From Candidatus Collierbacteria bacterium (lineage in GTDB: Bacteria; Patescibacteriota; Microgenomatia; UBA1400; MFAQ01), in the NCBI GenBank assembly GCA_903884375.1, contig CAISER010000035.1, positions 36-64,035 on the forward strand: a stretch of 64,000 nt of DNA, written 5' to 3'. Of this stretch, positions 19,206 to 27,948 are shown piece by piece. Below the pieces are notes generated by a model that was not told the origin of the DNA, ran no database searches, and saw only the letters and a program-made list of their open reading frames with translations. The first letter of the stretch is position 1. Every line of letters starts with the position of its first letter. Both the position numbers and the translations under genes were made by a program.

Positions 19206-21299
19206 ATGGAAAACAATACTCAAGAGACAGTTGAACCTATCAAAGAGTCCTTACCACCAGCTTCCGAGCCCCAAGTTGTTCCCCAGCCACCCAAATCTTC
19301 CAGTAAACTTCCGCTTATTGTTGGCGTTATCGCCTTAGTTCTTGTCTGTAGTGGTGCTGCTTATGCCTTTGGTAGTAAGCAGCTAATGAAAAACATTATT
19401 TCTACCAAATCATCTTCAGTTACCCAAGAAACACCATCGGTTGAGCCGACTGCCACTCAAACACCCCTATTTACAGGCCAGCTAAAGCGAATTGATCAGA
19501 ATCTCAAAATTTTTAAACAAACAGAAAGCGATGCCCTCAACTTTGTTGAAAACAATTTTGTGTATTATGAAGCAGGGAAGTTTAATCGTGGAGAATTATC
19601 TGGATACACCCGCATAATTGCAATTAGACCTTCGGAAGGTCCAGGCTCTCCACTTGTGTATGCCCTTGCTACAAAAGATTTCCAGACTTATGTCTTAGAT
19701 GATCCGGAGAGCAAAACCATCAAATATCTCGAAGACAGTTGGCAGAGCCCATATACATATCTTGATAAGTCAAAAATAAGTATGGTGAAAACATTTGACA
19801 CCGAACTACCCAGAAACATTAAGTTGGATGAACAAAACGCATTGTATTTCGAGGATTATTTTATTGATACAGTAGAAACAAACAATAAAGATAAAAACGG
19901 TAATAGTATTTACGAAACGATACTAGATACAGATTTCTCAAAATTCCAGAAACTAACCTCTCCGAATGCTAATTTAGCCGTTTATTTCGCTCCATTCCAA
20001 GGTATCGCCAGTGGCGCTATCTTAGACGAAAAAAGTAAGGAGATAGAAAAGCTCAAGAAACAGTACATCTTAGGAGACTCCGAGGTGATAGCTTCAGACT
20101 CGACAGGTGTACCTGTAAAGTACTCTCTTACAACCCCCTCAAAAGTGATGCAATACATCTCCCAAAAAGCCAAGTACGACGCAGATATGAAAACATACGA
20201 GGAACAGACAAAGCTTTTTCAAAACAAGCAAACCACGGTCCAGCCTCAATATCCGAAGTATATTTATCTGCCCAATCTTGGTTTCTTAAGCTCAGATATT
20301 GTTTCAACATCAAACAACCTCAAATACTTCAAGGACTATGAAACAGCCATCCCGGGAGCCTGTGCTACGAGTCAGAACACCCGCATTGTCAACATTAAAG
20401 ATGGGGAGCTAGAGCAGATCGGCATGGTTTCAGATAGACCACTTTTCCGTCTAAAAGACACCAGTAGCCCGATATACACTCTCGCCTATCAAAACAAAAT
20501 GCAGTATTACGACGGGAGCGGTGCCGAATGGAACGATGAAAATAAAAATATAGCCAAGCCAACGCTTTCCGAGTATGTCAGTCAGAACCCACTTCTTTTC
20601 GTGAAAGACTACTGGAATCGCTGGGTAGCTTTAGGTGAATACGACATTATGCTTCCGGGAGGTTGTGGTAAGCCGGTAATTTATCTTTATCCCACAGTTC
20701 CGACAGAAGTAACTGTACAGTTTCAAGTTCCCGTCCAGTTCACTACAGAAATCCCCACCTATGCTGGTGCCTGGCAGGTTTTAGCTCACAAGGACGGTAC
20801 CCTGGTTAATCTCAAGTCTCAGTCTACTGAGTGTGGCAAGATAGATTCCCAGAAAAAGGGCTCGGAATACGCCCAAAATGCCTGTAAAACCAACATCTAC
20901 CCCTATCTATTTTGGGCAGGAAACGTAAGTTCACAAAACTATCCGGACATAACAAAAGGCTGGGTGATAGCCAGATCCGAATTAAAAGGATTCATCAATG
21001 ACAAGCTGATAGAAATTGGTCTAAACAGCAAAGAAAAAACTGACTTTGAAAGCTACTGGCTTCCGGAGATGTTAGCCAAAGACACCCCATATTACCGTCT
21101 TAGCTTCCTTCAGACTGGTGAGCTAAACACTTTATTCCCGATGGAGGTAACCCCGCGCCCAGACACCATATTCCGTATTTTCCTCGATTACACACCACTT
21201 ACTATTAAGCCAAAATCGGAAATTCAGCCACAAACTCTTAATAAGCTTATTCGCAACGGCTTTACCTTAGTTGAGTGGGGCGGCTTAAAAAGAATATAA
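19206..21299 (+). CDS. Large (697 aa) membrane-anchored extracytoplasmic hypothetical protein.
   Basis: N-terminal P-rich cytoplasmic tail followed by one TM helix (LPLIVGVIALVLVCSGAAYAF). No catalytic motif recognised. Confidence 0.5.
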   Translation: MENNTQETVEPIKESLPPASEPQVVPQPPKSSSKLPLIVGVIALVLVCSGAAYAFGSKQLMKNIISTKSSSVTQETPSVEPTATQTPLFTGQLKRIDQNLKIFKQTESDALNFVENNFVYYEAGKFNRGELSGYTRIIAIRPSEGPGSPLVYALATKDFQTYVLDDPESKTIKYLEDSWQSPYTYLDKSKISMVKTFDTELPRNIKLDEQNALYFEDYFIDTVETNNKDKNGNSIYETILDTDFSKFQKLTSPNANLAVYFAPFQGIASGAILDEKSKEIEKLKKQYILGDSEVIASDSTGVPVKYSLTTPSKVMQYISQKAKYDADMKTYEEQTKLFQNKQTTVQPQYPKYIYLPNLGFLSSDIVSTSNNLKYFKDYETAIPGACATSQNTRIVNIKDGELEQIGMVSDRPLFRLKDTSSPIYTLAYQNKMQYYDGSGAEWNDENKNIAKPTLSEYVSQNPLLFVKDYWNRWVALGEYDIMLPGGCGKPVIYLYPTVPTEVTVQFQVPVQFTTEIPTYAGAWQVLAHKDGTLVNLKSQSTECGKIDSQKKGSEYAQNACKTNIYPYLFWAGNVSSQNYPDITKGWVIARSELKGFINDKLIEIGLNSKEKTDFESYWLPEMLAKDTPYYRLSFLQTGELNTLFPMEVTPRPDTIFRIFLDYTPLTIKPKSEIQPQTLNKLIRNGFTLVEWGGLKRI

Positions 21300-21302
21300 A
21301 AA

Positions 21303-21327
21303 ATGACCGTCCACAGGGGACGGTCAT
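21303..21327. terminator. Strong hairpin (10-bp stem ATGACCGTCC / GGACGGTCAT); T-run only on the minus-strand side.
   Basis: Perfect inverted repeat. Preceded on the plus strand by AAAAAA, which reads TTTTTT after the hairpin on the minus strand. Confidence 0.5.
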
Positions 21328-21487
21328 AATCAAAACACTTAAACTAATTGTTAGTTCAAAGCACTAAAGGCTTAACCATTCCCGCCTTCTCACGTTCAAT
21401 TGCATGATCGTAATGTTTCTTGTCTATCAGGGCAAGATCTCCATTGTTAGCTGCGAAATTTGCTAAGTGGTAGTCGTGATGGCAAAA

Positions 21488-21517
21488 AAATATCCTCCCA
21501 TAAAGGGAGGATATTTG
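21488..21517. terminator. Bidirectional rho-independent terminator downstream of tRNA-Asp.
   Basis: ATATCCTCCC-ATAAA-GGGAGGATAT, flanked by AAAAAAA upstream and TTTGTTT downstream. Confidence 0.6.
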
Positions 21518-21522
21518 TTTAG

Positions 21523-21596
21523 CGGGGCTGAAGGGGCTCGAACCCTCGACCTTCCACGTGACAGGCGGACGCTCTAACCAACTGAGCTACAGCCCC
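21523..21596 (-). tRNA. tRNA-Asp (anticodon GTC).
   Basis: Reverse complement folds as GGGGCTG-TA-GCTC-AGTTGGTTA-GAGC-G-TCCGC-CTGTCAC-GTGGA-AGGTC-GAGGG-TTCGAGC-CCCTT-CAGCCCC-G. Discriminator G. CCA is not encoded. Confidence 0.9.
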
Positions 21597-21859
21597 AGCA
21601 ATGTGTATTTTATCGCTTATAGGGGAATATCGCCACTCCAAGTTCGTTTTGAATGTAATACGCTAATAAAGCTTACTCGTCATTTTATCAATAATTAATC
21701 AATTAATGATATATAACCCTTCGTTTCCTATTATTTCTACGCCTGGAATGGCTAATCCTTTATAGTCTTGATATAATAGCCTAGTTAAATCATCTTAACG
21801 TTTTTACAGAATGGTTTCAAAGTGATGATTGCTTTGAAAGAATTAGAAAGGAGCCAGAA

Positions 21860-22141
21860 ATGGCTGTTCGTTTATACGTGGGGAATCTTCCCTATAGTGC
21901 TACCCAGCAAAAACTCCAGGAGATTTTTTCTCCCTTTGGAGCATTAGGTGAGTGCACAGTTATTTCAGATAAATTCTCCGGCAGGAGTAAAGGATTCGGC
22001 TTTGTCGAATTCGAAGACGCAGAAGCTGCAAAAACCGCCATCGAAAAGATGAACGGAACCGACCTCGAAGGTCGCAACATCATCGTCAACGAAGCTCGTC
22101 CTAAAGAGGATCGACCTGCTCGAAGTTTTGGAGGCCGCTAA
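21860..22141 (+). CDS. RRM-type RNA-binding protein.
   Basis: RNP2 LYVGNL and RNP1 KGFGFVEF motifs. AAAGGAG RBS upstream. Confidence 0.85.
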   Translation: MAVRLYVGNLPYSATQQKLQEIFSPFGALGECTVISDKFSGRSKGFGFVEFEDAEAAKTAIEKMNGTDLEGRNIIVNEARPKEDRPARSFGGR

Positions 22142-22360
22142 AATTGGCTTTTAAGCCGTCTTTGACGGCTATTAGAAAGGAAAACCGCCAATCTCCCCAA
22201 GAAGAGAAAGGCGGTTTTCTGTGCTTAATATATATTATGAAAATTGTGTGAAATATAGAGTAATTAAATTACCCATAAAATAATTATGGAAATTTTACTC
22301 CTAAATAATTAAATAAACCATGCGAGTGATAAAATAATATAATTAACATTTACAAATATA

Positions 22361-22945
22361 ATGATCGGATATATTATTTTCGGATTGTTACTTCTTCTTG
22401 CTTTTTATGTAGTTTCCCAATACAACTGGTTTCAAACAACAAAAACACGCATTACTGCGGCTATCCAAGATATTGGTAATCAATTAAAACGCCAATCAAG
22501 TCTTATTCCTAATCTAGAAAACTCAGCTAAAGGTTATTTAAAACACGAAAAGGGAATCTATGAAGAGATCGTGTCTGCCAGAAAATCCGTCGAAAAAGCG
22601 GCTGGAAGCAAAGACATGTCTAAAATTGAAATAGCTTCTGATGCTATAAGTAATTTGATTCCCAAAATTCAAGTGCTTGTTGAAAGCAATCCTGAACTCA
22701 AAGGAGTTGAAGTTGTTACTCGTCTAATGGATGAACTTAGAGACACATCAGACAAGCTGATGTATGCTCGTAGAGTTGTCATTGATCTATCAGCCGAATA
22801 TAACATCAAGGTAGTCACACTTCCCTCAAACATTATTGCCAACATGTTTGGATTTAAGGAACAAAAAGGAATTGTCACTTCAACAGAAGGTGAGCATCTT
22901 GAAGTAAGCAAAGACGAAACGTCTGACCCCAAGATTAGTATATGA
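22361..22945 (+). CDS. LemA family protein.
   Basis: N-terminal TM segment followed by the conserved YN.FQ...I......LKRQ..LIPNL...K motif of LemA. Confidence 0.8.
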   Translation: MIGYIIFGLLLLLAFYVVSQYNWFQTTKTRITAAIQDIGNQLKRQSSLIPNLENSAKGYLKHEKGIYEEIVSARKSVEKAAGSKDMSKIEIASDAISNLIPKIQVLVESNPELKGVEVVTRLMDELRDTSDKLMYARRVVIDLSAEYNIKVVTLPSNIIANMFGFKEQKGIVTSTEGEHLEVSKDETSDPKISI

Positions 22946-23835
22946 AGACGTATTACGATTTGGTTTCTGCCAATAAAACACGAAGTGGCATGATTATTGC
23001 GGTTTTTATCGCATTTATTACTGTTGCTACATATCTTATTTGCTTCGCTCTTGGATTCGATTTTTCAGCTGTAGGAATTGCCTTAATAATTTCTGGAGCC
23101 TTAAGTTATGTAAGTTTCTATTATTCGGATCAGATTATTCTTTCCATTTCAGGAGCTATTCCTGCCAACAAAAAAGATCATTTTGATTATTACACCGTAG
23201 CAGAAAATTTATGTCGACCTGCCAAAATACCTATGCCAAAATTATTTGTATTAAACGATTCGGCAATGAACGCTTTTGCCACCGGAAGAGATCCGGAACA
23301 CGCTATCGTTTGTGCTACTACAGGATTATTGAAAAGATTAAATCGAACAGAACTTGAAGGAGTAATCGCTCATGAGTTTAGTCACATAAGAAATTTCGAC
23401 ACTCGACTAATGAGTATTGTCACAATATTAGTTGGCTTAATTACCTTATTGGCAGATATTCTACTTAGAACCAACATAAGAAATAAATCAGACAAAGATA
23501 ATGGAAATATCGGTGCTATTTTAATGGTTGCCGGAATATTGATGGCATTATTATCACCATTAATTGCTAAGATAATTCAACTTGCTATAAGTAGAAGACG
23601 GGAATTTCTTGCCGATGCAACCGGAGCTTCAATTACTAAATACCCGGAAGGATTGGCAAGTGCTTTAGAAAAATTATCAAATGATAAAGAACCTCTTGAG
23701 GCTGCCAATAAAGCAACATCTCATTTGTATATTGTTAATCCTCTTAAAAATCATCATGATTCAATTGGCTGGTTTGCAAGTTTATTTAATACCCATCCTC
23801 CAGTAGTTGAAAGAATAAAAGCATTGAGGTCATGA
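22942..23835 (+). CDS. htpX: M48 family zinc metalloprotease (HtpX-like).
   Basis: HEFSHIRNFD (HEXXH), 4 TM helices and a C-terminal HtpX-like region. Stop/start overlap with lemA. Confidence 0.8.
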   Translation: MKTYYDLVSANKTRSGMIIAVFIAFITVATYLICFALGFDFSAVGIALIISGALSYVSFYYSDQIILSISGAIPANKKDHFDYYTVAENLCRPAKIPMPKLFVLNDSAMNAFATGRDPEHAIVCATTGLLKRLNRTELEGVIAHEFSHIRNFDTRLMSIVTILVGLITLLADILLRTNIRNKSDKDNGNIGAILMVAGILMALLSPLIAKIIQLAISRRREFLADATGASITKYPEGLASALEKLSNDKEPLEAANKATSHLYIVNPLKNHHDSIGWFASLFNTHPPVVERIKALRS

Positions 23836-24398
23836 TTAAAGGAAGAGTTTTCCAATCGAAAGAGTTAATTGGCCAAAATTATCAAAAAGAAAAATTTATT
23901 AATTGTAAATTTTCATCTCAATTGATTAGGTATACCTCATTTGAAAACAGTTCTTTTGAAAATTGTGATTTTAGCAATGCAATTTTACAATCGGCATCTT
24001 TTGAAAATTGTGAATTAAAAGAATGTAAATTAAGCTGGATAAATTTTAAAGAGGCTAATATCATTAAATGCAATTTTTATAAATCTATAATCGAAGGTTG
24101 TTCGTTTGAAAAACAAAAATTATCTAACTCGATATTTGAATTATCCAATTTATCTTCAAGCTATTTTCTAAAATGCGATATATCATATGGAAATATATTA
24201 AATTCAATATTAAATAAAAGCGTTTTTGAAAGCTGTAAACTAAACGGGGCAAATTTTTTAGGCTCAAATATTTGTGGAGTTATATTTAATAATTGTAAGA
24301 TATTTAAAACAGAAATTGATATCAATGGCTTCATAAATTACGGTCAAACAAACGGTTTCGTATTGGAAACTCAAAAAGCAAATACAGATAGACTATAA
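23832..24398 (+). CDS. Pentapeptide-repeat protein.
   Basis: Tandem A(D/N)LXX-type repeats (FENSSFENCDFSNAILQSASFENCELKECKLS...). Confidence 0.75.
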   Translation: MIKGRVFQSKELIGQNYQKEKFINCKFSSQLIRYTSFENSSFENCDFSNAILQSASFENCELKECKLSWINFKEANIIKCNFYKSIIEGCSFEKQKLSNSIFELSNLSSSYFLKCDISYGNILNSILNKSVFESCKLNGANFLGSNICGVIFNNCKIFKTEIDINGFINYGQTNGFVLETQKANTDRL

Positions 24399-24415
24399 AT
24401 TGATACAATAAAGCG

Positions 24416-24739
24416 ATGCATACAGTCACCGTAACATCAGATGACGTGAAGAAAATTGGCAAACTTGCCAATTTAAAACTTCAAGAAGTTGAGGTCAATC
24501 TTTTTGCTGAACAATTTACAAAAACACTTGAAGTTGTTAACCGATTAAACGATATCGACACTAATGGTGTCCAAGCCACTTATCAAGTTAACGGATTATC
24601 AAATGTTACCCGTCCAGACGAGATTGATCAATCTAGAATTCTTTCTCAGGAATCAGCGCTAAGTCAAGCCAATAATGTCCATAACGGTTATTTTGTTGTC
24701 GATAGATTAATAGATTCTGATGCTGAAGAATTAATATGA
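24416..24739 (+). CDS. gatC: Asp/Glu-tRNA(Asn/Gln) amidotransferase subunit C.
   Basis: About 100 aa and a GatC-like N-terminus (VKKIGKLANLKLQEVEV). Directly upstream of gatA with overlapping stop/start. Confidence 0.8.
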   Translation: MHTVTVTSDDVKKIGKLANLKLQEVEVNLFAEQFTKTLEVVNRLNDIDTNGVQATYQVNGLSNVTRPDEIDQSRILSQESALSQANNVHNGYFVVDRLIDSDAEELI

Positions 24740-26160
24740 AACAACTTCACGAACTAGGCATCAAAGAAATCCATGATGGATATTTAAACAAGAGTTTTAC
24801 CTGTGTAGATTTAGTAAAACATTTTCAAAATAGAATCGATAAATATAATCAAAAATTAAATATTTATCTAGCTTTAAACGATAACGCACTAAAAGAGGCA
24901 GAAACGATTGATAAGGAAATATCAGAAAATGGAATATCAAAACCTTTATTAGGTATTCCATTTGCCGTAAAAGATAATTTTCTCACCGAGGGAATTGAAA
25001 CAACAGCCAGTTCAAATATACTAAAAGGATTTATGCCTCAGTATGAGTCTACAGTAACTCAAAAAATAAAGGAAGCAGGAGCGATTATTCTTGGAAAAAC
25101 AAATATGGACTCCTTTGCTCATGGCTCCAGTACCGAGACATCTGATTTTGGACCAACGGTTAACCCTTGGAATATAGAAAAACTTCCAGGAGGCTCGTCT
25201 GGAGGTTCTGCTGCCGCCATATCAGCCCAATTAGCCACTGTCGCACTTGGGTCAGAAACAGCTGGATCAATAAGGCAACCATCTGCTTGGTGCGGTGTTA
25301 CCGGTTTTAAACCAACCTACGGTAGAGTTAGCCGATATGGCGTTATTGCCATGGCCAGTTCCACAGATTCTCCTGGCCCAATTTGTAAGTCAGTTGAAGA
25401 TTGTGCAATCGTAACAAGTATTATTGCCGGAAGAGATAATAAAGACGCGACAACATGCCCTTCTCCTGTTGAAAAATATTACGAAAGTTTATACTCCCCA
25501 GATTTGCGTGGTTTGCGAATTGGAATAGTAAAAGAATATTTATTGCCTGAAATGCGAGACGACGTTAAAAACATAATATTAGCTGCCGCAGATAAACTTA
25601 GATTATTAGGTGCAACGGTAGAAGAAATATCGCTTTTGGATCCTCATTACTCAATTGGGGTTTACACTGTCATTCAACGATCCGAAGTTAGCTCTAATCT
25701 TGCTCGATTTGATAGTATTCGTTTTGGTCATGATAGAAATTTTTTCTGTGAAGAGACCAAGCGCCGTATTATGCTTGGAACGTATACCCTTTCAGCCGGA
25801 TACTACGATGCATTTTATAAAAAAGCCCAATTGGTACGCACAAAAATAGTCAACGAGTTTAAAGAAACTTTTAATACATATGATGCCATCATCGGTGCTG
25901 TTTCTCCTGGACCAGCACAATCAATCGGTGTTTCAAAAAAACAACCAATGTATGGTGAAATGGAAGATATACTTCTAGAACCATCATCAATTGCTGGATT
26001 AACCAGTATCGGATTACCCTGTGGTTATGTTGACGGATTACCTATTGGTCTACAAATAACGGGCCATCAATTAAAAGAATCTACTGTATTAAAAATTGCT
26101 GATTGTTATCAAAGAAACACAAATTTTCAATTATTTCCCGATCTTGAAAAAATTCTATGA
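24736..26160 (+). CDS. gatA: Asp/Glu-tRNA amidotransferase subunit A (amidase signature family).
   Basis: Amidase signature GGSSGGSAAAIS. Length 474 aa. Confidence 0.9.
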   Translation: MKQLHELGIKEIHDGYLNKSFTCVDLVKHFQNRIDKYNQKLNIYLALNDNALKEAETIDKEISENGISKPLLGIPFAVKDNFLTEGIETTASSNILKGFMPQYESTVTQKIKEAGAIILGKTNMDSFAHGSSTETSDFGPTVNPWNIEKLPGGSSGGSAAAISAQLATVALGSETAGSIRQPSAWCGVTGFKPTYGRVSRYGVIAMASSTDSPGPICKSVEDCAIVTSIIAGRDNKDATTCPSPVEKYYESLYSPDLRGLRIGIVKEYLLPEMRDDVKNIILAAADKLRLLGATVEEISLLDPHYSIGVYTVIQRSEVSSNLARFDSIRFGHDRNFFCEETKRRIMLGTYTLSAGYYDAFYKKAQLVRTKIVNEFKETFNTYDAIIGAVSPGPAQSIGVSKKQPMYGEMEDILLEPSSIAGLTSIGLPCGYVDGLPIGLQITGHQLKESTVLKIADCYQRNTNFQLFPDLEKIL

Positions 26161-27470
26161 AAATTACTCCAATAATTGGAATTGAAGTACACGTTGAATT
26201 AAAAACAAATTCAAAAATGTTTTGTGGCTGTCCAGCCGATCATTTTGGGAAAGATCCAAACACTCAAACCTGCCCCGTATGCTTGGGGTTACCTGGAGCG
26301 CTTCCGGTACCAAATGAAAAGGCAATCGAATACTGTATTAAAATTGGTCTTGCTCTTAACTGTAAAATAAATTCTCAAAGTAAATTTGACAGGAAACAGT
26401 ATTTTTATCCGGATCTTTCAAAAGGATATCAAATAAGTCAGTATGATGAACCATTTTGCACTGATGGTTACATAGTATTAGATTCCGGGAAAAGAGTTGG
26501 CATAGAACGAGTTCATATGGAAGAAGATACCGGGAAACTTCAGCATCTAATTCTAGAAGGCAAAAAGGTGTCTTTGATTGATTACAACCGTTCCGGTGTT
26601 CCCTTGGTCGAGATTGTTTCTCGACCTGATATTTCTTCATCAATAGAAGCCAAAGAATATTTAAAAAAAATTCACGAAATAATTAAAGCTATTGGGGTTT
26701 CTAGTGCCGATATGGAAAAAGGCCAGATGCGCCTCGAGCCAACAGTCAATGTCTGTCTTGAAGATGAGCATGGTTCCCATTACACACCTTTGGTGGAGAT
26801 AAAAAACATCAACTCTTTCAATTTTGCTTCAGCTGCTATTGACTTTGAAGTAACCAGACAAACCGAGGAGTTCAAAAAAACAGGTGTCGAAAAATCCGCA
26901 ACCAACAAAACAACGAGGGGTTACGACTCAATCAAGAAAATTACTTTCCTTCAGCGTACCAAAGAAGAAGCCAAAGATTATCGTTATTTTCCAGAACCAG
27001 ATATTCCTCCATACATTATTGAAAACGAACTCATCGATAAACTCAAAAGTGAGCTTCCTGAACTCCCAGATCAAGTGATAGTCAAACTTATAGAGAAAGG
27101 AATTGAATCCAAATACGCCAAAATTCTTTATGCCAATCCCGAGTCACTAGCAGTAATTAATAAATTTAATGGTGATAGTGAAATTGAGATTCCAAAACTT
27201 GCTAACCTAATTGCCAATAAAAAGATTGATATCGCAGGGGATGTGAAAGGAGAGTATCTCAAAGCCACCAAAATTGGGAACACCAATATAGATGAGCTCG
27301 AAGGTGTGATCGAAAAAATAATTACTGATAACCCAGGTATTGTTGCCGAGTACAGAAAAGGCAAAATCAATGTTGCTGGTTTCTTCATTGGTCAGGCAAT
27401 GAAAGAGACCAAAGGCCAAGCCGATCCGCGAACGCTAAATCAAGTAGTTATAAGACTTTTAAATAAATAA
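26157..27470 (+). CDS. gatB: Asp/Glu-tRNA amidotransferase subunit B.
   Basis: N-terminal IIGIEVHVELKTNSKMFCGCPADHFG and PVCLGLPGALPVPN motifs. Confidence 0.9.
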   Translation: MKITPIIGIEVHVELKTNSKMFCGCPADHFGKDPNTQTCPVCLGLPGALPVPNEKAIEYCIKIGLALNCKINSQSKFDRKQYFYPDLSKGYQISQYDEPFCTDGYIVLDSGKRVGIERVHMEEDTGKLQHLILEGKKVSLIDYNRSGVPLVEIVSRPDISSSIEAKEYLKKIHEIIKAIGVSSADMEKGQMRLEPTVNVCLEDEHGSHYTPLVEIKNINSFNFASAAIDFEVTRQTEEFKKTGVEKSATNKTTRGYDSIKKITFLQRTKEEAKDYRYFPEPDIPPYIIENELIDKLKSELPELPDQVIVKLIEKGIESKYAKILYANPESLAVINKFNGDSEIEIPKLANLIANKKIDIAGDVKGEYLKATKIGNTNIDELEGVIEKIITDNPGIVAEYRKGKINVAGFFIGQAMKETKGQADPRTLNQVVIRLLNK

Positions 27471-27845
27471 TCCGAATTTAATTGTTTTTTTGTGTTTTCC
27501 GAAGATTTTAAGAATATTACTATTTTCAATCCACTCAATCTCATCTCCGGGCATAGCGATTGTCATCAACAACAGTTTATCGTTCTTTCTTTGAATTAAC
27601 ATATCCACAGAGTATTCACGGTCGTCATGATCTAGGGTTAACTCACCCTTTAACATTGGAACTACACCTATAATTTTTTTCCCTACAATCTCCTTATCGA
27701 CTTTTATTAATTCCTCACATTCGACAATCTTTTTCCCAGCCAATTCTTCATCTAAATATAATGCCATAAAAAGACAACTGTCTTCTGTGTTTTCATTTTT
27801 TAAACGTTCTGCTTCAAGGTTACCTAAATTAAGTTCATTTTTCAT
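27459..27845 (-). CDS. Hypothetical protein (128 aa).
   Basis: No motif recognised. Convergent with gatB. Confidence 0.35.
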   Translation of the reverse strand: MKNELNLGNLEAERLKNENTEDSCLFMALYLDEELAGKKIVECEELIKVDKEIVGKKIIGVVPMLKGELTLDHDDREYSVDMLIQRKNDKLLLMTIAMPGDEIEWIENSNILKIFGKHKKTIKFGLFI

Positions 27846-27948
27846 AATTTAAATCATATCACCATGTTAAAAAATATATATAAAAACGATATGCTACTTG
27901 AAAAAAATAATTCCACCAGTGAAGATAGGTAGTAGTAACATAAAAAAG

